The notes under the pieces were generated by a model. The model did no database searches. It was not told where the DNA came from and saw nothing but the letters and a program-made list of their open reading frames with translations. Below, in pieces: positions 37,331 to 49,761 of a stretch of DNA of 62,013 nt (its first letter is position 1; the number at the start of each line of letters is the position of its first letter). The position numbers and the translations under genes are program-made. Origin of the DNA: Octopus bimaculoides (Eukaryota); assembly GCF_001194135.2 (NCBI RefSeq), contig NC_068986.1:60371975-60433987 (forward strand), given 5' to 3'.

Positions 37331-38078
37331 TAGATGTTCTACTTACATCTTAGGAGGGTTCTTTCTATTTGGGTATTTGTGGAAGTCTCCAATCGCTGGG
37401 ATTTAAGACACATGCATTTGAATGGAACAGTTTTCTCGGTAGTTACAGCAAGAGTTTCAGAAGGGGATGAGCAAGGTCTTCCCTTCTCCCTCATTTTTTC
37501 TAAATTGAGCTACATCCACCAATTTTGAGGTTTTGTTGCCGAGAGAGAGAGAAAGAGAGAGAGATATAGAGAGAGTAAAAAGTTCTTTTGTGGCAACCAC
37601 ACCAGTGATAGATGTTTTGCAAAGAAGTTGCACATGCCAGTGCTACCAGTCGAAAGCTTTGCGTACCAGAAGCCAGTAAGTGTATGGAGTCATCAGGAGA
37701 GAATGCACGCCGTTTCAGGGCCTACCTCTCGACGGCATCATTGCGCACCGCACCCACCTCACTGATATGAGGCGGGCCTCATATCAGTGAGGTTGTTTGA
37801 TAACCCAACTGGTTATCAAATAAAGCTCAGTATTCTTCTAGCCATCGCTCATCGTCTCTTTTTATTATTGTTGCCGTTGGCGATGCTGTTACAGCAAAAT
37901 ATGCTGAATACTGTTGTGTATGTCATAGAATAATTTCTCCCTTTTACAATGACAGCGAGTTAAATACACTTGTCTCATTGGTGCACAGCATTCCGGGACA
38001 CCCGTGCTTCCAAATGTTTTGCCTTAGAAAATTACTATTTTTAAATCTCACAACGTGAGATATTTAGCAACAGTATTT

Positions 38079-38486
38079 TGTAGTAATAATTGTCCGCCAA
38101 CACAACATGGCAGTCCTGGTTAAGGACGAATGTTGCTGTAATTTAGCCCCATGAGACATCGTCTCCAGCTGGCTATTAGACACAATCTGTGTCCTTATAT
38201 TTTCGAACAAGGGAATCTAGTACCCGGACTCAGCTCAAAACAATATCTGTGTATCGCGATTTCATCAGCACAGAATAATTCGGCTAAAGGTGTCGCTGCC
38301 AAATTCCCGTTCGAAATGTATAGTTTTCAAAGTGACAACTAGTCACTGATCTATAAATTAGAAAATATAAGGACACAGATCGTGCCGTATAGCCAACTGG
38401 AGACGATGTCTCCTGGGGCTAAATTACAGCAACATTTGTCCTAAACCAGGATTGCCATGTTGCGTTGGCGGACAGTCTTTACTACA
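38079..38486. mobile_element. MITE with ~125-bp terminal inverted repeats
   Basis: 38079-38204 is the reverse complement of 38361-38486 (tgtccgccaac.caacatggca.tcctggtt.aggac.aatgttgctgtaatttagcccca.gagacatcgtctccag...). Confidence 0.88.
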
Positions 38487-39109
38487 TGTTTTGCCTTGTT
38501 GCTACTGTTCCACTGTTGCTATTTCTGTCACTGCTGTCTCCAATCCTTTTATTACCACTAATGATGTTCGTGCTGCTACTACCGCCATTGTTGCTTCCTC
38601 TACCAGTGCTGCTGCTGCTTTTGTGGTTACTACCTGCCTCTCATGCACAGATCCAAAGTTCCAACAAAACTCGAGTTAAAAGAATAAGAAAAATAATAAT
38701 CATTATTTGCACCGTGCACAGTGCTATTTGGAATGAATGCTTGCATATTTATTTTTGATACGTCTAGGCAGAAACAGATGCAAAATATGCTAAGTACGTC
38801 AAAGGAGAATAACTTCCCCTTTTACATGTTCAACACATTCAACTCATTGGCACATGGCATCCTGGGACACCAACAAGTTGTCACATCAGCCTGTAATCGA
38901 GCTCTGAGACTAAGCAAAGCCACTGATTTTATTTATGCTTTCAGCGAACAAATTGTTTGCTGCTCAGTGCATCTGCCAACCGATAGAAAAAATTATTATT
39001 TGCACCATCTACAGCAAGATCTGCAATGAATACTTGCATATTTATTCTTTACACATCTAGGTAGGTTGAGACGCAAAATATGCTGAGTACTGTTGTGTAT
39101 ATCATAGGA

Positions 39110-39370
39110 CAGGCGTCGGCAACCTGAGGCTCACGAGCTCCTCCCATGCAGCCCGCAGCGTCTTGTCCGGATTTCCATTAGGTGCGGCCCGCGACCCGGT
39201 GGGATTTTTTTAACCGACAGCAAATTTAACAGAGCCAGTCAGCGGCCGTCTTCTCCCCAGCCAGAACAGTGTCCTACTTTCATGATACTGACATTGAATA
39301 AACGTAACTTTATTTTTTCGGGTTTGAAGGGGGGTGCGGCCCGCGGCCTGGTTTAGGTTGCCGACGCCTA
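39110..39370. mobile_element. hAT (Charlie/Buster-type) MITE
   Basis: TIRs CAGGCGTCGGCAACCT and AGGTTGCCGACGCCTA. Degenerate 8-bp TSD TCATAGGA / TCTTAAGA, both fitting NNNTANNN. Confidence 0.88.
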
Positions 39371-39639
39371 TCTTAAGAGAATAACTTCTCCCTATTACAA
39401 TGACGGCGTGTTAAATGCATGCATCTCATTGGTGCAGAGCATTCTGGGACACCTGCGTTTCAACATGTTTTGCCTTGTCTGAACACAGAGTAAACAATAA
39501 CAATACAATTATAAACAATGAAATTCCCCAATAAGAAGGAGTTCCATCCAGGGGTAGCCAAGGAACTCCACAGAACTGGTGTTACTCTGCTCACCAGATG
39601 CACTATGGTAAGCGCTCCTCTTTCCTCCGTAAATTCCAG

Positions 39640-42420
39640 CCTACAGGTGCATGCCTAAAGTGTGTGCTTTTGCTCAGGCCATTTTTGTTACATGTACCCA
39701 TCTTTCGACAAATTTACTGTGCAACACCACCTCCCTCTTCACCCTAACTTTCCTTCCAAGTGGAACCTTTAAAAGTAGATAAGGGTTGGGCCAATGAGAG
39801 AAGTGCTTGTGCCCTTTCAGTCGTGTCCATCATATAACCTTTTACGCTGTAGCCACCAGACAGAAAAAAAACTGCTAAACCTTCCCGACCAAAGGAAGGA
39901 AAAAGAATGATCTTCACGATGAAGTCCGGCAATAGTTGGATCCATCTTACACACAACAGCAGAAGTTCAATATAACTCCACAGCAATGCTCAAGTACTGT
40001 ACAAGTGCATGCAGAATGGTTTCATCTTTCTGCGTGCATCTCAGGCAAGCATAGCTGACAGCACTACCACGCCTTTAGAGTTTATCTTGAACAGGTAGTT
40101 CCCCAACCCAATAGTACTGCCAGGCCTGGAATTTCTGCAAGTTATTCATGTGCCCCAGTCCAACGAGTCTCCCCGAGAATGTCGTCGCTTTTTCCTAAGC
40201 ATCTTTCTAACTAGTTCACTGTCTACTCCAGAATTCTTTTAAACTATATTTCCTTATTGGTTGTAACCTAATAGCCCTTTTCAGGGCTAACCACCATCAG
40301 GTGTTGACAATTGCCCTCCTCAACTCCCTCTTATCAGGTCCCTGTAATCTTGACACGTGGAGAAAGACATGTTCAGTTTCCAGTAAGTGTACAGATCACA
40401 AATATGTTATTTGTATAGCCAATAACTTTGGATTGTGAACAATTTATGCTACTCCTGTCTACAGGCCAACAGAATATTCTAACTAAATATAATTAGATGA
40501 CCCGATGTTGTTAGCCCATTGGTGCATTCAGGAAATTCAGTCAGTACTCGTTAGCCAGTTGAAACAACTGAACAGATTTGCAAGACTTTTACACCTCACT
40601 CTCCTATCAGCTATCCCCACACAATCCAGATGTGCATCCAAGATGATGCTTCGATTGTCCATTGACACCACAAAGTGGGACATCCAAAGGAATATCTCCA
40701 GATGCCAGAAGAAATCCAGCTGCTCTGCCCCAGTTAGGGCATACACAGCGGCTAATCTAAAGGTACCACTTTTGCCACTGCTTACATCCAGGACTACCGA
40801 ATTACCGTCCAGCTCCGGGAAGATTGGTCGTATGTCAAGGATTATGCTGTTCCAGAATAGCACTGCCCCCACCTCATTCCGGATTGAATAAGAGATGTAA
40901 AAATCTCAAAATTGCCAAAAATAGGTGTTAAGGCACCTACATCAAACATCCTGGTTTCACTAATGGCTATCACATCTAAACCTAGCAACCAAGGTCATTG
41001 GACAGGCAACCCTGCTTCCAAGGTGACCCCAGACAACATGCATTTATGTTACTCACTCTTAAAGTCACCAAGTTGGTCAAAAAGTAAAGAAAAAGAAGGA
41101 AACGAATTACTTAACCGTTTGGTGGTATTTTCTTTCCTTTGGGAAGTCTTTTAGGGACTTACTGCTAGCCTTTACATTTGGACTCCCCACACCATGGAGG
41201 AAATCCTTCCACAACAATTTAAATCTCCAAGTCCTGCCTTATTATTTGCAGTTTATGTGGCACTTTGTAGGTGCTGAACCTGAAGACCTCCCCCTCTTTT
41301 TCAATGCCCTCCTTCTCTTCAATGGAGGACATCAGTTCTTTTTTTTACTTTTTATTAAAACAAAGTTTGGGGTGGGTGTGTTTTCTCTGCTCCTCTGTGT
41401 GTGTGTGTCTTGATAATGTTGGACTTCTTGGCAGTGATGGAGTTGAAGTTGCTTATGTGGCTTTATCTGTATTTGATGTGGGTGAAGTTTCAGTGCTGCT
41501 GTTATGATTGTGATGTCTTTTATTGTTCTTTTACCTCCTCCTTGCAAGATGATATTTCTTTGTCAGAAGGAACTGATAGGGGTGCTAGTGGAGGAGGAGG
41601 AGGTATGTTCCCCATGTATGTCTATGTTTGGAAGAGCGTGGAAACGAAGGACAGTAATAGAGCAGGAGTTGAGCTGGCTATTTTCCTGGGTGGCAGCACC
41701 TGGTTCTGTTGTTTGTGATGTTGTAGTTGTTGGTCTTGCTGTTGTTACTGCTACAGTTGTTCTTATTGCTCAACTACTGCTGTTGCTGTTAGGACTGATG
41801 TAGGCAGTAGTATGGGGAAATCCTTTCATCGGCTTTTTTTGTTGTTGTTGTTGTTGTTGATAGCAGAAAACGTTGAAGTGGCCTTCAGCACCAAATAATT
41901 GGCATCTTAGTTTTCTGCCCTCAACCGCAACTTACAGCTATATGGTGTTGGGAAAATGGATTAGGCCTGGGATCTTTTCCACCTCTGTATTGATTTGGAG
42001 GACGATTTCTACTTTGGTCCTAGAGCAAAACTCCCTCTCCACTTCACTTCAGGAAGATTTTCAGACCTCCAGACTGACACATGAGAGCAACTACTGGATG
42101 TCAAACCTAGGTGAGACTCTATTTAAATATGACAGGTCCTTCTTCCTAAATATATTGGGTTGAAGGTAAAATCCCTGTCATGTATGGGAACTGTAGAGTG
42201 ATTCAGTATGAGTGCTTCATGGTCCAGAACTGTGTAGCCCTTTGACACTTGATCCATGTTTGCTCATATTTCTTTGTCAATTCCAAGCATCGGGTTTTAG
42301 CCAACACATAGCAACAGAAGAGCATCTTTCAGGCAGTTGCTACCAAGGTCTCAGTTAGAATAGTAACTTGTGCCTTCCTCCCATTCAATTTCACAAGTTG
42401 TTTTTGCTTCTCTGAGTCAA
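39640..42420 (-). mobile_element. Tx1/L1-like LINE with ORF1, endonuclease and 3' end; RT deleted
   Basis: ORF1 PIYLGRR and VAVEGRKLRCQLFGAEGH (41870-42420). Endonuclease LDVIAISETR and FRLAAVYA (40560-41040). C-terminal fragment 39744-39986. Confidence 0.8.
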
Positions 42421-43164
42421 GTCTCTTTATCATTTAATGAGAGCTTTAAAATTTGCATTGATTTTGCAAAAGATTATCTGCCCATAAGATCTCCAACCTC
42501 TTTCTCTATCTTCTTCATTATTCATGTTCTTATTTTTGTTATTGTTGTTGTTGCTATTTTTGCTGCTACAGTTGCCATTGTTGTTATTGTCATTGCTGCT
42601 ATTACTGCTTTGTGGTTGTTGTTGCTGTTTTAGTTGCTGCCATTGCTGCTGCTGCTGCATTTCTTAATGATGTTGTTGCTGTTATTACTGCTTATCTCAT
42701 TTGCTGTTATGTGAGTTGGACTTTGAGCTCTAACTATAGTAGCTTTCTCCTTCCCTTTACAGGAATTGTAGTTGCTTCTGTTGCTTTTATTAATGTTGTT
42801 GTTGTTGTGAAGCTTCTGCTCTCTGTTGAAACTGAAAACAATGTGAATACCTCCTGCTTTCTCCTCTTTCAAACATTAACACCATCATAATTTCGAACCA
42901 GAGAAAAATCAAATGAAAGTAAAATGAATATTTCAATTGTGCCCTTTAGGAAATAATTTGGAGCTCCCCCTCTTCTCTGGTGAAGCAAAAAACCTTTCCA
43001 ACTATAAACAAATGATGCCAAATAAACAAAATAAACAAATCTGGATACCCAATGCACTATACACACAACACAAACACTAATACAACAAAAACTGCACTAC
43101 ACCCCATAATAAAAAGAAACTGACACATTACAATACCGGGAAGAGTTTGCGCACTCCCAACAGC

Positions 43165-43585
43165 AAAAAAGAACACACAATGCTGCACACACCCCAGTAA
43201 CATGGAGGTGTAGCAAGTGATGCAGTAGAAATTTGCCTGAAACTACCAAATGTTGAATAATAATAATAATTTAGTAATAGTAGATAAACAGAATAGCCCG
43301 ATTTAGTAGTAATAGAGAGAATAGAAAATGCCAGATGATTGACCTTACAGTCTAAAATGATGAGAAAATCAATATGAGAAGTATAGAGAAAATAGCCAAG
43401 TACCAAAACCTAGCCATTGAATTACAGAGACTGGAAAGTGTGGGTAAAATGTAACCCAGTAGTTATAGGTGCATTAGAAACTATTCCTAAAGATTTGAAC
43501 AGATGGATAGAGGATTTGAACAGATGAATAACAGAGTTATTAAGGAGAGCTAGGATACTTAAGTGGGTTCTTGGAATCTAAGGTT
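43165..43585 (+). mobile_element. R4/Dong-like LINE 3' fragments
   Basis: ~100-bp 3'-UTR block ending in (TAA)n (43165-43272), then an RLE C-terminus NSPDLVV..IDLTV..EKIAKYQNLAIELQRL..PVVIGAL. Confidence 0.7.
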
Positions 43586-43586
43586 A

Positions 43587-43811
43587 CAGTAATCCCTCGA
43601 CTATCACGGGTGTTATGTTCCAAAAAAACCCTGCAATAGGTGAAAATCCATGAAATAGAAACAGTACTGTACTGTATATTTTTTTTAATTATTTTTATAA
43701 TTTGTTTATATTTATTTTATTATAAATGCAAAACAACACCACAGAGGAATTGACATAAGCTTAAATAATAAACCATGATAGATGAGCCATGATAATGGTG
43801 AGGGATTACTG
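43587..43811. mobile_element. Tc1/mariner-pogo (Tigger-like) MITE
   Basis: TIRs CAGTAATCCCTC and GAGGGATTACTG, flanked by TA at 43585-43586 and 43812-43813. Confidence 0.9.
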
Positions 43812-43904
43812 TACTTGTTGTAGCCCAATGTTAGGAATATTTTCTTTTCCAATAGTCTGAACTATCATGTGTATATGAATAATAATAATAATAATAATGA
43901 TAGC

Positions 43905-45746
43905 TACTTGCTCTGACCCCCGCTAACAAACATGCTTAATGAAACCACCATGGATTATAGATGCTATGGACAAACAATAAGCAATCTTATGTACATGGAT
44001 GATTTATAAATTTTCACTAAAAATACCATGGAACAGAGAAACCTAAAAATTATCCTTAGTTCCAGCAAGGATATCAGTATAAGAGCATGGGGCTGGACAA
44101 ATTTGCCAAAGTGACTCTGAGAAGAGGCAAATTAATCAGTACGGAAAACACTGCACTCAACATAGACACAGAAATCAAAGAATTAAACCACAATCACCCA
44201 TACAAAAATTTAGAAATAGACAAAACAGCTGAAATACAACACACAGAAATGAAAGAGAAAATTAGGAGAGAGCATTACAGGAGAGTTAGACTAATATTAA
44301 ACATTGAACTCAATGCTAAAAATAAAATAATAGGAATAAACATGCTAGTCATACCAGTCATAAATTACAGCTTCAAAATAACAAACTGGAAGGTCAGTGA
44401 ATTGAGAAACTTAGATAGAAAAACCAGAAAACTACTAACAGCATACTGAAGTCACCACCCAAAAGCAGATACAGACAGAATATATTTACCCTGCTCAGAA
44501 GGAGGCTGTGGCCTAACACTGATTGAAAACTACTATAAAATAACCACAGTCAGGCTAGAAAAGTACCTAAAAACAAAAGGTGGAAGACTACTGCATGTAG
44601 TAAAGCAACATGAAGAAAAGAAAACTCAATACACAATGAGGCAACAAAAGATAACAATATTGCAGAAATGGTCAAAGAGACAAAAAAAAAACAAAAAAAC
44701 AACATGAAAACAGAACTATAAAACATACCAAAGAAGAAATAGAGAGAAAAATCACTCCATGACCAATACTCTGCAAGGCTCAACAGAGAAGAAGCAAGCC
44801 TAAGTAAAAGCCAACAATGACTCAAAAGCTCTGGATTGTCAGACTACAAACTATAAAAGCAAAATAATGAAAACAGGCTCTAACACCAAATGCACAATGT
44901 GCAACCAGCACAATGAGACAGTTGACATCATCTCTGGCTTTCCAGTCTTTGCCAAATCTGAATATATATATACAGATATAACTAAGTAGTCATATCCACT
45001 GGACAATATGCCAACACTACAACGTAAAAACTGACAGTAAATGGTATAAACATGTGCCAAACAAGGTACATGACAATGACCAAGCCACAATCATCTGGAA
45101 CATGCCTTTTCAAACTAACAAAGAAATAAAAGCTAATTGCCCACACATAATAATATAGGATTGATAAAAAAAAAAACACTTACTTATTGATAGACATTGC
45201 AATCCCTTCTGACCAAAATATTGCCCTAAAAGAAGTGGAGAAATTGTCAAAGTACAAAGACTTTGAAATTGAAGTATTCAAAATGTGGGACATGAAGGTG
45301 AAAACAACAGCGTTTGGCATGATAAAAAAAATATATATATGAATAAAAATGTAGAAGCTATACTTGGATCTGTAACACTACACACCATCCAAAAAATAGC
45401 CCAGCTAGGAACAGGCCACATCCTACACAAGACACTATCAATTTAATAATACAACCCAAGCAAATCAATCTACAAACAGAAGACACACTTTATAAAACAA
45501 ATATCCAACAAAATAAACAACCAACAGCAGGCTGGACACCCAATGCATTACACACACAATACAAACACTAACACAACAAAAGATTATACCAGACCCCATA
45601 ACAACAGAAATTGACTCAACACAATATCATGAAGAATTTGCATTCCCCCAACAACAGAAAAGAGCACACAATGCTGCACACATCCTGGCAAAACAGAGAT
45701 GTAGCAAGTAATATAGTAGAAATTTGCTTGAAACTACTAAATGTTA

Positions 45747-45785
<39 letters not shown>
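43905..45785 (+). mobile_element. R4/Dong-like (restriction-like endonuclease) LINE, 5'-truncated
   Basis: LMYMDDL, KEKIRREHYRRVRLILNIELNAKNK, DRKTRKLL, HHPKADTDRIYL, CTMCNQHNETVDI zinc finger, IIWNMPFQTNKEIKANCP and KYKDFEIE; 3' UTR ends in (TAA)n. Confidence 0.88.
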
Positions 45786-45799
45786 CAAGAGATGAATAT

Positions 45800-46450
45800 T
45801 CCAGGGAGACAGTCTTTCGACTTTGTTGTTTGCATTGTGCATGTTTCCACTTTCATTAGCATCGAGAAGGGCAAAAACTGGTTACGAGTGTGGAGTATGT
45901 GAGTTTAAGATAAACTACCTGCTGTTCATGGATGACCTAACACTCTTTGTGAATCCTAAGAACAGATTGCTCTCCTTGTACAGTCAGTTTATACATTCAG
46001 CATGGACACAGGAATAGAATTTGGTATAGAAAAGTGAGGGTGCTACTACTGAAGAGAGGCAGAATTGGTAAGATGGAAGGAAGTTATGGAGGAAATTGAA
46101 GACAATGGGTATAAGTACTAAGGTATCCTGGAAACAGAACAAATGAAAGAGAAGAAAATGAAAAAACTGATATCAAAGGAATATAAACAGAAACTTGAAT
46201 CTGATGTTAAAGACAAAGAATAAGATACTGGCTGTCAATACATGGGCCATTGCATCTCTAAGGTATAATGCTGGTGCAATAGAGTGGAGAAATGATGAAC
46301 TTAAAGAGCTTGATAGAAAGACCAGGAAAGTGATGACACTACAAGGGGTTCTACACCACAAAATTGATGTGGACAGGCTGTGTGCTACAAAGAGGAAGAA
46401 GGGGTCTCATTAGTTGTGAATTGTGTGTGAAGTTTGAGGAAAATAATCTG
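45800..46450 (+). mobile_element. R4/Dong-like LINE internal fragment
   Basis: NYLLFMDDL and KNKILAVNTWAIASLRYNAG..LKELDRKTRK. Confidence 0.82.
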
Positions 46451-46559
46451 GCATGGTATCTTTTTCTATTGTGTATGGTTCCACTTTCATTAATGCTAAG
46501 AAGGATAAAAACTGGTTATGAGTGTGGAGCATGTGAGTTGTTCCTGTTGTTCATGAGAG

Positions 46560-48060
46560 TTGTTCATGTGGGTTATTCAGTGACGATATCGGGACGAAAT
46601 TTGGTCTTGATAAATGTGCCAAAGCAACTTTCCAGAAAGGGAAATTGAAGACCTCACATTCAGTGGTGTTGGATGTTGACACAGTTGTAAAAGAACTCAA
46701 GCAAGAACAAACTTACAAATACCTTGGAATAAATGAGGGCTCTGGCATTCAGCATGCAAGTACAAAAGAGATCAGGAAGGAGTATTACAGGAGAGTTTGA
46801 GCAGTTTTAAAATCTAAGTTAAATGTACGTAACACAGTGTTAGCTATAAATTCCTTAACATTTCTAGTTGTTATTTACAGTTTCAATGTGTTGAGCTGGG
46901 ATATGAGCAAAATAAGGAAGATTGACAGGAAAATCCATAAGGTGCTGACTTGCAATAAGATGCACCGCCCAAAGGCAGATGCAGATCGTCTTTACCTATC
47001 CAGAGCTCAAGGAGGTCTAGGCTTGATCCAATTTGAAATATCCTACAAAACCACCACAATTGGACTGGCAAAATATCTTGAAACATCTAACAACTGGATG
47101 CTAAAGTTTGTTGAAACCACGAGAGATGTAAGAAGTTTCATTGTTATGAAAGAGAGCAAAAAATTATTAAGTGAGTTTATGCATAATACCCAGATTGAAC
47201 AGCATGATGAAAGTGCAGCAACTGTAGTTGCAAAGAAGGTGAAATCAAAGCAAAGCAAACTGCGTTTGAAAAATTGGCTGACAGGTGGGAACGAAAACTT
47301 CTGCATGGCAAATACATGGCCCATAGCAAACAAGCTGATGTAGACCAAAAGCATACCCATCAGTGGCTACAGAGCTCAGGGCTAAAGGCAGAGAGTGAAG
47401 GCTTAACTGCCCAAGATCAGAGATTATCGACCCAGAACTATGAAGCCAATATGATGAAAAATGGTCTAGACCCAAAGTGCCAATACTGCAATGATGGGAT
47501 TGAAACAGTAGACCACCAAATTTCCGGATGTAAATTTTAGCACCTACAGTGAACAAATTAAGACATGACAGAGTTGGCCAATATCTACAGTGGACAATGT
47601 GTCAGCACTATAAAATCAAAACTGCTGACATATGGTACAAGCACTACCCTGAGGCTGTAACTGAGGGAGAAAATGTAACTATTCTTTGGGACTTCCCAGT
47701 ATGTACAGACCAGACCGTCAAAGCAAATAAACCAGATACTGTTGTGAAAGACCAAAACAATAAAGTCTGTTTATTGATTGACATGAACATACCCTGTGAC
47801 CATAATATCTCGACAAATGAATTTGATAAGCTCAGAAAATATAAAAATTTGCTAATCAAAATCAAAAAGATGTGACATCTCAAGACAGTTACAATACCAG
47901 TGAGTGTAAGAGCTCTTGGAATGATCAAAAAAGGGAACTGAAAATTATTTAAGAATGATCTCTGGCTTACCATCCATGCAGGAAGTGAAAGATTGTCTTA
48001 ACTGGAATGTCACACATATTGAAAAGAGCATTGTCGCTGTGAATTTTCTTTCCTTTTTCC
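46560..48060 (+). mobile_element. R4/Dong-like LINE 3' half
   Basis: MHRPKADADRLYL.R.QGGLGL, CQYCNDGIETVDHQISGC and RHDRVGQYLQW..ILWDFPV.TD..VKANKPD..LLIDMNIP (PD..D RLE). Confidence 0.9.
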
Positions 48061-48128
48061 CCACTTTATTTTATTTGTTTACTTTTTTATTTTTTCTGTC
48101 TTTCTTCCCTTTTTTCTATCACATGACT

Positions 48129-48159
<31 letters not shown>

Positions 48160-48164
<5 letters not shown>

Positions 48165-48372
48165 CCATTCTACTATAGGCATAAGGTCTGAAATTTGTGG
48201 GTAGGGAGTAAGTCGATCACATCAACCCCAGTACTTGAATGGTACTTATTTTATCAACCCCGAAAGGATGAAAAGCAAAGACAACTTTGGCAGAATTTGA
48301 ACTCAGAATATAGAGACAGACAAAATGCTGCTAAGCATTCTGACTGGCATGCTAAAGGTTCTGCCAGCTCAC
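48160..48372 (-). mobile_element. tRNA-derived SINE (same family as the 11818 array)
   Basis: Reverse complement of the SINE consensus, with a (TTA)n tail at 48130-48165. Confidence 0.88.
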
Positions 48373-48384
48373 CGATAACAATAA

Positions 48385-48485
48385 TAAGGTAAGAACACAC
48401 AATGCTGCACTTACCTCTGCAACACGGAGGTGTAGCAAGTGATGCAGTAAAAATTTGCAACCATCATATGTTGAATAATAATAAG
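48385..48485 (+). mobile_element. Isolated R4/Dong-like 3'-UTR block (third copy)
   Basis: agaacacacaatgctgcac..ggtgtagcaagtgatgcagta.aaatttgc..atgttgaataataataa, as at 43165 and 45660. Confidence 0.75.
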
Positions 48486-49084
48486 AATAGTGATGATGAG
48501 AGTGATAACAATAATAATAGTCGTGATAGTGATAACGTTGATAATATAAATGAGGAGTATGGGAGAAGGACAGAAGGAAGAAAATTTCCCATGTAGATGG
48601 TGAGGGCAGGAATGGGTGGCTACAACACAAGCAAGTGGCCATAAACTTTCATGAGAGGCAAGACTATCAAATTTTTGTGAGAAAAAAAATTCAGATTTTC
48701 AAAACATTCAAACTTCAAAAGAAAACTGAGATATTCAGATTTTCATGAAAACAATTTCAGATTTACATAAGAAAAATTCAAACTTTCATGAGAGAAACAC
48801 AAAAAGGTGCCACACAGATCAAACTCAGAACTATGCTGTTAAGAAACAATCTCCTTAACCACATATCATTCACCTCCACCTATGATTTATAGAAGAAAAT
48901 TCTAAAAATTCATGTTCTTTATCATAAAAAGTTTTGTATGATTAAGTGGTACACTAAACATGCAATATATTATCAAGTTGTTAACTTTTAAAAACAATAT
49001 GAGATGATGGTTTATTATTTGAAATGTTTTCTTAAATCCAGATCCTACAAAAAAAAAAGTTGCATCTCATTAATTTGTCCAAAT

Positions 49085-49157
49085 TCACTGGTTTTCTGTT
49101 TTATTACTGAGTCCACGAATTGATAAATCATACACTATTTCTTCAATTTTTTTCAAG
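49085..49157 (-). CDS. TSN: Translin, visible 3' part of the last coding exon
   Basis: LKKIEEIVYDLSIRGLSNKTENQ* matches the translin C-terminus (KKVEEVVYDLSIRG). Stop at 49085-49087. The 5' part of the exon lies in the N gap. Confidence 0.9.
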
Positions 49158-49761
49158 NNNNNNNNNNNNNNNNNNNNNNNNNNNNNNNNNNNNNNNNNNN
49201 NNNNNNNNNNNNNNNNNNNNNNNNNNNNNNNNNNNNNNNNNNNNNNNNNNNNNNNNNNNNNNNNNNNNNNNNNNNNNNNNNNNNNNNNNNNNNNNNNNNN
49301 NNNNNNNNNNNNNNNNNNNNNNNNNNNNNNNNNNNNNNNNNNNNNNNNNNNNNNNNNNNNNNNNNNNNNNNNNNNNNNNNNNNNNNNNNNNNNNNNNNNN
49401 NNNNNNNNNNNNNNNNNNNNNNNNNNNNNNNNNNNNNNNNNNNNNNNNNNNNNNNNNNNNNNNNNNNNNNNNNNNNNNNNNNNNNNNNNNNNNNNNNNNN
49501 NNNNNNNNNNNNNNNNNNNNNNNNNNNNNNNNNNNNNNNNNNNNNNNNNNNNNNNNNNNNNNNNNNNNNNNNNNNNNNNNNNNNNNNNNNNNNNNNNNNN
49601 NNNNNNNNNNNNNNNNNNNNNNNNNNNNNNNNNNNNNNNNNNNNNNNNNNNNNNNNNNNNNNNNNNNNNNNNNNNNNNNNNNNNNNNNNNNNNNNNNNNN
49701 NNNNNNNNNNNNNNNNNNNNNNNNNNNNNNNNNNNNNNNNNNNNNNNNNNNNNNNNNNNNN
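49158..49761. other. Assembly gap hiding part of the translin last exon
   Basis: N run abutting the translin ORF. Confidence 0.97.
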
